This document shows positions 29,482 to 38,898 of a stretch of DNA of 64,000 nt, one piece after another (position 1 is the stretch's first letter; each line of letters starts with the position of its first letter). Location: assembly GCA_964342815.1 (NCBI GenBank), contig CAYFHS010000006.1:64001-128000 (forward strand). Reading direction: 5' to 3'. Both the position numbers and the translations under genes were made by a program. Below the pieces are notes generated by a model that saw only the letters and a program-made list of their open reading frames with translations, made no database searches and was not told the origin of the DNA. This stretch comes from an uncultured archaeon (GTDB lineage: Archaea; Thermoplasmatota; Penumbrarchaeia; JASLWR01).

Positions 29482-29544
29482 ACACATATTATGACTATAG
29501 TGTTATTGGAGTATGACTGTATTATTATTGGTCTTACATAAAAA

Positions 29545-30648
29545 TTATCTTCGTATTACTACCGATAATATATCCTTGTCCTTCAAAATATGGAATAGAC
29601 CCACCTTTTGACCCGGAAACTTCGCGCTGGGACCCCATATACGGGCATATCGAAAGTTATGCACGAAATCTCTGTGAATGTTGTTGCAGATCGATTCCAC
29701 GTCGGTTCCCATTTTCACCACCATTGGCTCCTCAAGATCCGCTTTTTCCCCCTGTGGTTTAAGGAAAACCCTCATAAATCGCAGGGTATCGAAAATACGG
29801 TCCTTGATCTCCTCTATCCCCTGGTTCTTACCAACGGCAATGGGTAGCGGATTGTAGGACCTGTATTTCGCTATGATCTTGGCAACAATTTCGGATTCGG
29901 CCAGGTCTACCTTGTTTATGAAAAGTAATGTCGGGAGATATTTCACACCACCGGTCAGGCTGTCAATCAACTGGTAAGGTTTGATACGACTTCGTACAAC
30001 CACGGTGGCATTGACGTAACCATAGGTTCTCACCATGTCACGTATCAGCTCTTCGGTCATAAAAGGCTGGTGACAGGTGGAGGCAACTTCGATTCCCCCT
30101 GCGTCGTTAACAGTGATGTGTATGTTCGGAGGAGATTCATTGAGTCTAATCTTTGAATCCCTCAGTTCCCTGATCAATAGGTCCAGGTCAGGGGAGAACA
30201 CGTCGAGCATCAGGATAATGAGATCACTACTCCTTGCCGCGCTTATGACCTGTCGGCCTCGTCCCTTTCCCTTTGACGCTCCCTCGATGAGTCCCGGTAG
30301 GTCGAGAACCTGTATGTTCGCGCCCCGGTGATGAAGGGTACCCGGGACCACATCCAAGGTAGTGAAATTGTACGAACCCACCTCACTCTCCGCATCCGTG
30401 ATACAGTTGAGCATGGTGGACTTTCCCACCGATGGGAATCCAACGATGGAAACCGTTGCATTTCCGCTCTTCTTTACCTCATAACCACCTCCTCCCTTTC
30501 CACCGGCGGAACGGTTTCTCTCGAGATCTTCTTTAAGCTTTGCCACCTTCGCCTTGAGCTTCCCTACGTGGTGTTGGGTGGCTTTGTTGTATTTTGTATT
30601 TCGGATCTCTTCTTCAAGCAGATCGATCTGCTCCTTGATGGTCGCCAT
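29545..30648 (-). CDS. drg: DRG/Obg-family GTPase with TGS domain
   Basis: GFPSVGKST, YNFTTL, DLPGLIEGA, NKVD. C-terminal WGPSAKFPGQKVG TGS signature. Confidence 0.95.
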   Translation of the reverse strand: MATIKEQIDLLEEEIRNTKYNKATQHHVGKLKAKVAKLKEDLERNRSAGGKGGGGYEVKKSGNATVSIVGFPSVGKSTMLNCITDAESEVGSYNFTTLDVVPGTLHHRGANIQVLDLPGLIEGASKGKGRGRQVISAARSSDLIILMLDVFSPDLDLLIRELRDSKIRLNESPPNIHITVNDAGGIEVASTCHQPFMTEELIRDMVRTYGYVNATVVVRSRIKPYQLIDSLTGGVKYLPTLLFINKVDLAESEIVAKIIAKYRSYNPLPIAVGKNQGIEEIKDRIFDTLRFMRVFLKPQGEKADLEEPMVVKMGTDVESICNNIHRDFVHNFRYARIWGPSAKFPGQKVGLFHILKDKDILSVVIRR

Positions 30649-30760
30649 TGGGGTCCGAGAGCGTCATTGGATTATATTTGTTTTTTCCACTCAGCCGTCT
30701 GTGACCAAACGGAAGCCAATTTTTATATTTATTTACTCCCTTACACGCCCCGGTGCATGC

Positions 30761-32302
30761 TTGCTAGCGAGGAAGACCCTGCTGATCATTGCGAATAACG
30801 TCGCAGGCGGAATATTGGGATACATCATCCTGTTCGTCATTGCCAGGTACATGATTAACGCCGATTACACATACGGAGTTGTAGCCTTCGGTCTAGCAAC
30901 TCTCGGCTTGTTCATGTTCATTCTAAATCCAGGTACCAATACGGCCCATATAAAGAAGGTGTCCGAGGGAAAAGATGTTGGGACCTGTATCGGTACTTAC
31001 CTGGCAATGAAGGTTGTGTTAACAGCTTTCTTTCTATTTGTGGTACTGGTTGGAATATTCAGCTGGAAACATGTATTTAATCAGGGGTTTGAGTCCAACA
31101 AGATAGAAGTGGCCATATACATCCTTCTCTTTAACTACGTGCTTACCTCCTTCAACGGTGTCTTCGTTGCCACGTATGAGGCAAGAAAGGAGATTGCAAA
31201 GGCTCAACTGGGAATGCTGATGTCCACTCTATCAAGACTGGCGGCCGTCCTGATAATCGTGTACTTCCAGATGGGTGTATACGGTCTTGCTTGGACTTGG
31301 AACATCAGTATGATGGCATACTTTTTTGTGTCCATATTGATGTTCAGGGGTTACAGGATAAAACGCCCATCCTGGACACTTGCCAAGGATTATATAAAAT
31401 TCGCCTTTCCAATTATGTTCATTACCATCGCATTCGTTCTGGTAGTCACAACTGACAGGGTAATGCTGGGTTATTTCTGGAAACCGGAAGACGTGGGTCA
31501 CTATTTTGCAGCATGGCGCATAACAGTCTTCATCATAATGTTCGGAGTTGCTGTGCAGAAACTAGTATTCCCCACTATATCGGAATACCATACGGAAAAC
31601 AAGGAGGGCCACATTCAAAACCTTAGCTGGGTAGCCGAGAAATATATTGGCCTTTTCATCATACCCATCTGTTTTTTTATGGCTGTGTTTCCAAGTGACG
31701 TGATCCATATTATGACCAGCGATGACTTTCTTCCGGCAGCACCCATACTCCGTATTTTTGCCATTTACTCATTACTTATCGCACTCAATACTCCATATGC
31801 GTCCCAGTTTGCTGGAACTAACCGGCCCCGAATGGCGGCCCTGTTGGGAATCCCCGCCGCCTTTTTGAATATATTATTGAACCTCATTTTAATACCTGCA
31901 TCCCTATTTGGAATCCCACTTGCAGGTCTTAAAGGCGTGGGTGCGGCACTGGGAACTCTCATATCCACAACCATTTATGTCGTTGTATCCCGTATAGTAA
32001 TATACAAGTCCATATCTGGGACTAAAAGCAATTGGAAAATAATATTCAACTTGATATCCGCAGGACTGATGAGCCTTTTTCTCTACTACGTTCTTTACCA
32101 GTATCATCCTATAATCCGATATTATGACATCTTTCTCTTCATGGTTGTGGGAGCGTTAATCTATTTTGCCGCAATGTTCGTATTCCGCCAGTTCACAAAG
32201 AAAGAAGTCGTATATCTTCTCAAAGTGGTGGATCCCGTACAGATGATAAAATACATTAAGAACGAAGTATTTAACAGAAATGAAAGGAGTTCTGGAAAAT
32301 AG
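30761..32302 (+). CDS. Oligosaccharide flippase (MOP superfamily, Wzx/RfbX-like)
   Basis: About 14 TM. TDRVMLGYF..VGHYFAAWRI, FPTISEY, GVGAALGT. TTG 30761 is the plausible start; the ORF track start 30554 overlaps drg. Confidence 0.88.
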   Translation: MLARKTLLIIANNVAGGILGYIILFVIARYMINADYTYGVVAFGLATLGLFMFILNPGTNTAHIKKVSEGKDVGTCIGTYLAMKVVLTAFFLFVVLVGIFSWKHVFNQGFESNKIEVAIYILLFNYVLTSFNGVFVATYEARKEIAKAQLGMLMSTLSRLAAVLIIVYFQMGVYGLAWTWNISMMAYFFVSILMFRGYRIKRPSWTLAKDYIKFAFPIMFITIAFVLVVTTDRVMLGYFWKPEDVGHYFAAWRITVFIIMFGVAVQKLVFPTISEYHTENKEGHIQNLSWVAEKYIGLFIIPICFFMAVFPSDVIHIMTSDDFLPAAPILRIFAIYSLLIALNTPYASQFAGTNRPRMAALLGIPAAFLNILLNLILIPASLFGIPLAGLKGVGAALGTLISTTIYVVVSRIVIYKSISGTKSNWKIIFNLISAGLMSLFLYYVLYQYHPIIRYYDIFLFMVVGALIYFAAMFVFRQFTKKEVVYLLKVVDPVQMIKYIKNEVFNRNERSSGK

Positions 32303-32335
32303 AAATGGAAAAATAAAAAAGGAGAATAACTGCGA

Positions 32336-32680
32336 CTACTTTTTCTTCGCCGCAGCCTTTACTGTCTTCAGTTTTCTCTCAAGAGATGAGATATCCGCAT
32401 CCGCCGTGTTAATAAATGTTTTGAGATTGGTAATCCGCTGAACGAGTATATCGTATTTTTCCTCATACTCAAGTGTGTCGACCCTTGTTACCAATCCGAA
32501 CTCCTCGATATAATTGTTGAAGTTCTCGTCCAGATATCGCTCGATCCTTCCGTCGAAAAATCTTCTTTTGTAATGAGCTTCTTCCGGTGCTACTTTTTCT
32601 TTTGAGAAGAGCTTTTTGACCCGGGCGAAAAAGGGCGGCTTCTCTTCCATTTCCTGTTCCTGTTCGGTTAATTCTGCCAT
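32336..32680 (-). CDS. Coiled-coil protein, paralog A (BMFP/UbiK/phasin-like motif)
   Basis: RIERYLDENFNNYIEEFGLVTRVD followed by heptads. GGAGG SD. Confidence 0.75.
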   Translation of the reverse strand: MAELTEQEQEMEEKPPFFARVKKLFSKEKVAPEEAHYKRRFFDGRIERYLDENFNNYIEEFGLVTRVDTLEYEEKYDILVQRITNLKTFINTADADISSLERKLKTVKAAAKKK

Positions 32681-32694
32681 ATCCTTTTCCTCCT

Positions 32695-33030
32695 TTAGAA
32701 TTCCTCCAAGCTTTTCATTCCCTTCTCAATGGAATCCATTCGGGAATTGATGGAAGTCTTCTTTTTCTTTATCGTCCCGATATCCCGGCTGATAACCTTT
32801 AACTTCTTATTCATATCCTTTTTCCAGGTCTTTACCTTGGACCGGGGCATCAGGTCCCATTCGTCAATGATGTTCCGGAAATGTTCATCGAAATAGAGTT
32901 GGATGTGATCCGCTCCTCCTCCTCTTTTCTTCTTCAACTGATAAATATAATATATCAAGTAAACGAAGACAAAAGCCAATAATAGGACCACAATGAATAT
33001 TCCGACCTGTTGAAATGTTGACATTGCCAT
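32695..33030 (-). CDS. Membrane-anchored coiled-coil protein, paralog B
   Basis: N-terminal TM VGIFIVVLLLAFVFVYLIYYIY, then HIQLYFDEHFRNIIDEWDLMPR and Lys-rich heptads. ATG 33030 with GGAGG SD (ORF track 33048). Confidence 0.75.
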   Translation of the reverse strand: MAMSTFQQVGIFIVVLLLAFVFVYLIYYIYQLKKKRGGGADHIQLYFDEHFRNIIDEWDLMPRSKVKTWKKDMNKKLKVISRDIGTIKKKKTSINSRMDSIEKGMKSLEEF

Positions 33031-33031
33031 A

Positions 33032-33313
33032 TTATTTCCCCTCCACACCGTATTTTAATTCGAGCCTTTCCATTCGAAGCCGGGCCTTTTTCAAACGCTC
33101 TTCGGTTTCTTCTTTCCATGAATCCAGATCATTCAATTCTGTTTCCGCCCAGTTGAAAGAACTGTCTACGTCGATAAAATCGTTCTTGGTGGCCAACCGG
33201 TGAGTATCGATCAATTCCGGTAAATGCTCACTGATATACCTATCGATCTTTCGGGGATTGCCCCCGGTGAGTTCCCTGAAGTATGCGGATATTCTTTCGC
33301 TTACACCTACCAT
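33032..33313 (-). CDS. Coiled-coil protein, paralog C
   Basis: KIDRYISEHLPELIDTHRLATKND followed by heptads. GGAGG SD. Confidence 0.75.
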   Translation of the reverse strand: MVGVSERISAYFRELTGGNPRKIDRYISEHLPELIDTHRLATKNDFIDVDSSFNWAETELNDLDSWKEETEERLKKARLRMERLELKYGVEGK

Positions 33314-33346
33314 TTTATTCCTCCTTTAACATTTTTAGGATGAGTA

Positions 33347-33754
33347 TCATTCAGTATTATCTTTTTCATCTTCTTCAGCCTCTTCTTCATCTTTCTTGCG
33401 GATGATTTTGTCTTTTATCTTTTGATACCCGTCCTTCAAACTCTCGGTATATTTTTTGTAATTTTTTAATATGACTGTGTCTCCGTCCTGGATCTTCAAT
33501 TTGTTCATATCCCTTTGCCTTATTGAAGCAACATTGATGGAAATGAATTTATCCGCGTTCAATTTCACGATTACTCCCTTATCGATCTCCGGTGTACAGA
33601 GAAACACTTTGTCGCCTGGGTTGAAGTCCACACTTTCCATGAGGGATTCATGAACTCTTACCAGGCCCGGCTGCCCCTTAATCATGCTGGTTTTCGCCTT
33701 CAGTTCCAGTTTGGGCACCTCAAGTTCTTCAATTTCTTCCTTTTCCATGATCAT
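33347..33754 (-). CDS. Stand-alone double-psi beta-barrel protein (Cdc48/VAT N-domain-like) with a charged tail
   Basis: Two-fold internal pattern G.VRV...LM......PGD.V and ...SI...DM.KL.I.DGD.V. No AAA domain. TAATG overlap with the upstream gene. Confidence 0.6.
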   Translation of the reverse strand: MIMEKEEIEELEVPKLELKAKTSMIKGQPGLVRVHESLMESVDFNPGDKVFLCTPEIDKGVIVKLNADKFISINVASIRQRDMNKLKIQDGDTVILKNYKKYTESLKDGYQKIKDKIIRKKDEEEAEEDEKDNTE

Positions 33755-34263
33755 TACTCCTTTTCTTCTTCTTCTTCTTTCGATGGGAAAAGTTCATCAT
33801 AGGTCTTCCTGAGAACCATCTCCCCCCCGAGGCTCTTAATTTCTTCCGGCGATATCCTGAGGCGACGACTTTTGAAGCCTGTGGTGATCATTATCTTCCA
33901 TATTTTCCATATCTTCAATTTCTCAGGTATATCAAAATCAGTGACCTTTCCGATCTTTTTGTTGTCAGATGAAACTACTGATATTCCCACAAAGTCCTTG
34001 CACATGAACATCTCTCTCTTCGAGGTCAAAGGGATTTCCTCTTCCTCGTGTTCGTCGGTGAGAAGTATGAGATTATTGTCCATATCGAATTTTTGTACAT
34101 ACTTTTCGTGTATCAGTTTCTTGGCCTTCTTGCCCATCCCATGAGAGATCACAAAATGGGTAACCCGCCATGTATTGGTATTCAATATCATGCCCACTTG
34201 TTTGCCGATGATACCTTCGATGGCTTTTTTGAATTCAAATTCCTTTACCCTAGAGTATAACAT
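33754..34263 (-). CDS. Tandem PRC-barrel protein
   Basis: Two PRC-like halves: IGKQVGMILNTNTWRVTHFVI..., and DFVGISVVSSDNKKIGKVTDFDI. GGAGG SD. Confidence 0.7.
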   Translation of the reverse strand: MLYSRVKEFEFKKAIEGIIGKQVGMILNTNTWRVTHFVISHGMGKKAKKLIHEKYVQKFDMDNNLILLTDEHEEEEIPLTSKREMFMCKDFVGISVVSSDNKKIGKVTDFDIPEKLKIWKIWKIMITTGFKSRRLRISPEEIKSLGGEMVLRKTYDELFPSKEEEEEKE

Positions 34264-34368
34264 TGCTTTTCCTCCATTTTTGAGATGTGCGAACTAACGA
34301 GACTAATGGATTATCTATTTATATAAGTTTCGGTGAACTCTCCTTCTTGCGAGGAATAATTGTGGAAA

Positions 34369-35568
34369 TCAATAGGGGTCTCTTTTACCGAATGTGAATA
34401 CAAAAAGAGCGAGTAGTATGACGATTGTTATTAATATGACCAGAACTATCAAAACGGGCTGAGGATCATCACCATTCTGCGGTGTTTCGCCTTCTTTCAC
34501 GTGGAAGTTCATTTCGACCAGCGTAAATTCCGTTCCGTTATAGGTATATTCTATACGGTACATCCAATCACCGACGGTAATCCCTTCAGTAGTAAGATCA
34601 ACTCTTCGCTCATAGATCGCACCTTTTTTTGGGGTTCCCGTCTCATGAGGAATGTTACCTGAAAAAATGAGGGTGTCCGTAGAACTGTTGAATATGCTAA
34701 CCATTATCTTGTCCGGCGGATCGCCCTCTGCGTCCTTGTAGCTTATCTGGAACATTATGGGTTTATTTGCGAACAGCTCCGGAGGGATGTTTGTCAAGTC
34801 TTTGACATCCGGGAGTGTATCATTCAAGGGTAGTTCGCCTTCGATGATGTTGATGGGAAAGGTCTTAACATATGTCCAATTGTTATCTCCGTCCTTCTTT
34901 CTTGTGGTTTTGATCGAGTAATTGTAGGACTCAATCGTATGATGCAATCTTCCGATGTATTTCGTATATATTCCACCGTCATTTGACATTATATAATTAG
35001 TATCATTTACCACTATCTCGACCTGTACGATCCGGTCCCCATCCGGATCGGTTATATTTGCCGAGAAGACGATCTCATCATTCGTCGTATGAACATAATC
35101 AGGGCGTGGTGTGATGGTATCGATAATAGGGGCCGCATCGCTTTCCCGGATGGAAAAGGGAGCTCTGGCGGATTCTCCCGTGGCACCGCTTTCAAGTTCC
35201 ATGTGATGAATGAAATGCCATGCACCGGGTGACAGGTCACCTGTGTTCAATTTAAGGTGGAGCCTGAAAAAATTCGCAAAGGGCATTTCGGTATCGTTTC
35301 GTTTGTACTGGAAGGTATATGTGCTATTCGCCTCATCAATGAGAGTGATGTATGTTCCAGTCCGGTGCATGCCGGAATATTTAATCTCCCCGTCTGTTTG
35401 GACCTGTGCAATAAAGTGAATCGTGTCCCCCTTGATTATCGTGTCCGAGATATCCGTGGCATCCACCACCGACAACTCTCCTTCCTCCCCTTTAGACTTA
35501 TGAGTGGGGAAAAGTAACAGATTTAGTAAAAATAAAAAAATGACAACAATAGTAAACAGTTTTTTCAT
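34369..35568 (-). CDS. Secreted protein with three Ig-like modules and a C-terminal TM anchor
   Basis: Signal peptide MKKLFTIVVIF (ATG 35568; ORF track 35628). FSANITDPDGD and FQISYKDAEGDPP modules. TM followed by GKRDPY. Confidence 0.78.
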   Translation of the reverse strand: MKKLFTIVVIFLFLLNLLLFPTHKSKGEEGELSVVDATDISDTIIKGDTIHFIAQVQTDGEIKYSGMHRTGTYITLIDEANSTYTFQYKRNDTEMPFANFFRLHLKLNTGDLSPGAWHFIHHMELESGATGESARAPFSIRESDAAPIIDTITPRPDYVHTTNDEIVFSANITDPDGDRIVQVEIVVNDTNYIMSNDGGIYTKYIGRLHHTIESYNYSIKTTRKKDGDNNWTYVKTFPINIIEGELPLNDTLPDVKDLTNIPPELFANKPIMFQISYKDAEGDPPDKIMVSIFNSSTDTLIFSGNIPHETGTPKKGAIYERRVDLTTEGITVGDWMYRIEYTYNGTEFTLVEMNFHVKEGETPQNGDDPQPVLIVLVILITIVILLALFVFTFGKRDPY

Positions 35569-35805
35569 TCTACATTCCTCGTACCAGTTCCGGTTGTTGA
35601 TCAGCACCTGTGAGCTACTTTGAATCATAGTGCTGGTTATATATAATTATGCACCGTATTATAAATAATTTCGTCTCTCCTATTGGTAAGGTATTATTAT
35701 AATTGGAAATTGAATAATCGGGGAAAATATTTTTAATACAACGAAAGATAGATTACCTGATAACATTTTTCCAATAATGTATTTCAGAGTTAGGAAGGTG
35801 TGATA

Positions 35806-38418
35806 ATGCAGCGTATATTCAGAAAAAGCGTAGTTGGAGTAATTTGCATTTTATTACTATTAGTTACAATGATTATAACGCCTGAAATTCTTGGCGAGAA
35901 AGCGCATGAGACACGGGCCTATCAGCTCCCTGTTTGGAAATCGGATGATTGGTGGAAATATTATTACCATTCGGATGAGCCCCTGTTTCTGGATTCCGGG
36001 GATATTCAAGTAACCATCGACGAGATCACGACCGTGGAGGTCTTGACGGTGGCAGGAAGTGAATCTGTTATGGTCAACGGGACTTCATATGACATATATA
36101 ACGTTACGATCGAAGGCAATATCGCTCAAAAGGGCTCTTATGTATATGGTCAATATTCGGGCCCGTACACGGATAACAGCGAATCAACCGGATTTGCCTA
36201 CTACCGAAGGTCTGACCTTGCCTTCATAAAAAGGGTGGATGATATCACGGGTACCATAACAATGACGATCATGGGAAGCCCTCAAAATAGTCCTTACACA
36301 AGTACCGTTTTAACGAATATGCAGCCGCCCCGGGAGGATTTCAATTTTCCCATGTCACATTTAAGCACGTGGAATGTCAATTCCCTGCAGACTGTAAACC
36401 AGACCTTTTCATCCCAGGGGCAGACCGAGTCAGTGGAGACTCATACACTCTTCAGTTACATCGCCACCGTGGGAGCCGAGGACAAGGGAGAAGTGGCTGG
36501 CAGGGTTGTGGACTTTTATCCCATTCATGGGGTAGGAACCGCGGTGGGGGGCGGCAATACGGCCCCTTTCGAGGTGTACAATAATTATTCGTCTGTGGTG
36601 AAGAACTCCATCATAGGTCTCATCGGTTTCGGTGATGTTGACAGTCCTCCAGGTTCGGGGGATCTTACTATTGATGTTGAAGATTTTTTAATTGCACCAC
36701 AATCCCCCAGAGAAGGAGTGAGAGCGAATATAAGCTGTGAGATATCAAACGTGGGCTATGGGAACGTAGCATACCCCAGGGTTAGAGCGGAACTGGATGG
36801 TGATACTTATGGTGAAGACATCATCATCGATATGATCGAATCGTACGGTAAATACACCATTTACTATGACATCGTGCCACTAGATCGTGGATCCCATAGT
36901 TTCGAGATCATTTTGGACCCCGATAACTTGATCGAGGAAAGCGATGAAACCAATAACGGGGCTGTTTTTACCTTCGAGGTTGCTGCCAACAAAGAACCGT
37001 TGATAACTGGTTATCAGCCCTTTACGAATATTATTATCAACAAGGGTTCCACTGCGGTTTTTGAAATAGTTGCAAGTGACCCGGATGGGGATAAGATCAA
37101 TTATGAATGGACCGTTGATGGAGGAACGGTTTCAGGTGCAAATGGACCGGATTGCGAAATTGCATTTACAGGTGTCGACGAGGGTGATGAGCTGGTGGTC
37201 AAGGCAGTTGTGTACGATGATTTCAATGCCAATGTTTCCCATGAATGGGGGGTAACCATCAATACGGCCCCAACCATTACCGGTCACACTCCACCGGAAC
37301 AGATGATCACCACACTAGAGGGCGAAGAAGTTGATTTCGTCATCACTTACGATAATGCAGGAGAGGAATCCATTATCTTTCGATGGTATCTTGATGATGA
37401 TCTCCTTCACTGGGAGAAGGCTGGTTTTTTTACCTTCGAGGCCGCCCTTAGCGGTGCGAATTCCTCTGAGGGTTCACCATACGAGATCAAAGTTGTTGTG
37501 GAAGACTTTTTGAACCTCACAGACGAGTATTCATGGACTCTGCAGGTGGACAATATGAATCAGGCACCTCAAATTATCAATGCGTTTGCAGGAGGGGCCG
37601 CACGCGAGATGCAAACCATCAATGAGACCGAGAATATGAATTATAATATAACTGCCCTTGATCCGGACAACGACGCTTTGACCTATACCTGGTTCGTTGA
37701 CGGACAGGAGATCACCGGGGCAAAGGCCGCGGATTTTATCTATACCACAGATAAAGACACGGTAACCCACCTAAATGGAAGGAGAACCCAGGATTTCATC
37801 ATCAAGGTGCTTTGCGACGACGGCGAATTAAATGACACGTTCACGTGGATCCTGAGAGTGGTGGACATCAACAGAGCACCGATCATATCTTTCGAAGAAT
37901 CTCTAGATTCCGCCTTGTCCGGTATTAAAGAGGGTGAAATGGCCGCTCTCAATGTAAGTTCGGAAGATTCCGACGGTGATGTCATGACGTATCAATGGTT
38001 GCTGGATGGTGAGATATTGGCAGTTGATCCCTCCTTCACCATCAGTTTCAAGGAAGGGGATCACACCATCCAACTGCTTGTGGACGACGGTTATGACAAA
38101 ACTCGGACGGAAATATTTAATTTTACAATTCTGCCAGGAGAAACAGGGCCTGGAAACTCCGGGAATACCGATGGCAGCAAGGGTGGAAAAGGTATTCCTC
38201 TCTGGGCCGTGATCGTCATAGTACTTGTGGTGCTGGTTGTCATCATGGTAATTATTCTTTTAATAAAAAGAAAAAAGCCGGTAGCGAAAGTATCTTTTGA
38301 GGGAGTGAATGAACACAAGGAGAATGTTATATTCTTGTGCCCTAAATGCAACGAGAAAGAAGACCTTGATCTGGGTTACTGCATCAGCTGCGGAAATGAT
38401 TTCAGCCATAAAAAATGA
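35806..38418 (+). CDS. Surface protein: N-terminal beta-rich domain, CARDB, Ig/PKD repeats, TM and a zinc ribbon
   Basis: Signal peptide. IILDPDNLIEESDETNN CARDB motif. A.DPDGD.L.Y.W.VDG repeats. TM LWAVIVIVLVVLVVIMVIILLI. CPKC...CISC. Confidence 0.82.
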   Translation: MQRIFRKSVVGVICILLLLVTMIITPEILGEKAHETRAYQLPVWKSDDWWKYYYHSDEPLFLDSGDIQVTIDEITTVEVLTVAGSESVMVNGTSYDIYNVTIEGNIAQKGSYVYGQYSGPYTDNSESTGFAYYRRSDLAFIKRVDDITGTITMTIMGSPQNSPYTSTVLTNMQPPREDFNFPMSHLSTWNVNSLQTVNQTFSSQGQTESVETHTLFSYIATVGAEDKGEVAGRVVDFYPIHGVGTAVGGGNTAPFEVYNNYSSVVKNSIIGLIGFGDVDSPPGSGDLTIDVEDFLIAPQSPREGVRANISCEISNVGYGNVAYPRVRAELDGDTYGEDIIIDMIESYGKYTIYYDIVPLDRGSHSFEIILDPDNLIEESDETNNGAVFTFEVAANKEPLITGYQPFTNIIINKGSTAVFEIVASDPDGDKINYEWTVDGGTVSGANGPDCEIAFTGVDEGDELVVKAVVYDDFNANVSHEWGVTINTAPTITGHTPPEQMITTLEGEEVDFVITYDNAGEESIIFRWYLDDDLLHWEKAGFFTFEAALSGANSSEGSPYEIKVVVEDFLNLTDEYSWTLQVDNMNQAPQIINAFAGGAAREMQTINETENMNYNITALDPDNDALTYTWFVDGQEITGAKAADFIYTTDKDTVTHLNGRRTQDFIIKVLCDDGELNDTFTWILRVVDINRAPIISFEESLDSALSGIKEGEMAALNVSSEDSDGDVMTYQWLLDGEILAVDPSFTISFKEGDHTIQLLVDDGYDKTRTEIFNFTILPGETGPGNSGNTDGSKGGKGIPLWAVIVIVLVVLVVIMVIILLIKRKKPVAKVSFEGVNEHKENVIFLCPKCNEKEDLDLGYCISCGNDFSHKK

Positions 38419-38442
38419 ATTGACCTGTTAATTGGTGAAACA

Positions 38443-38595
38443 ATGAATGAAAAGGAAATTATGTGTCCCCTGCTGAAGGAAGCCTGTTTGCAGGATAGAT
38501 GTTCTTGGTTTCAGGTTTCGGGACAGTGCTCGATAACTGTACTTGCACAGGCTTTTTCAACGAGAAGCAAGGGATCCGGTCTTGGACCGTTGTAA
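38443..38595 (+). CDS. 50-aa Cys-rich microprotein (not in the ORF track)
   Basis: GGTGA SD, then ATG. Translation MNEKEIMCPLLKEACLQDRCSWFQVSGQCSITVLAQAFSTRSKGSGLGPL*. Confidence 0.6.
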   Translation: MNEKEIMCPLLKEACLQDRCSWFQVSGQCSITVLAQAFSTRSKGSGLGPL

Positions 38596-38898
38596 TATGA
38601 AAAATACGTGTATGTTTTCCATAAATATTCTTGGAAAACTCTCGACGTTGCTGATTAGGCGCGGGCTTGTAGAATAAAAAATTTTTTCTTATCAATCCCG
38701 AGGAATCCGAATGGGGAACGACTTGAAAATTACACGAAACAATTATATCGTAAGAATAGCTATCAGTAAAGCACCAATAATATTCGTTGACCGGGAAAGT
38801 TATCTTGTAACGCAGTGAATCAAAATCTGAATAAGTTTACTTTATCGAAGATCATGTTAGATAAACCGGCTCCATCATTGGTGTATCTTGAAAGGTTG

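Noticed and set aside
30554-30760. Long N-terminal extension of the flippase
   Set aside because: It overlaps the divergent drg start. TTG 30761 gives a typical flippase N-terminus.
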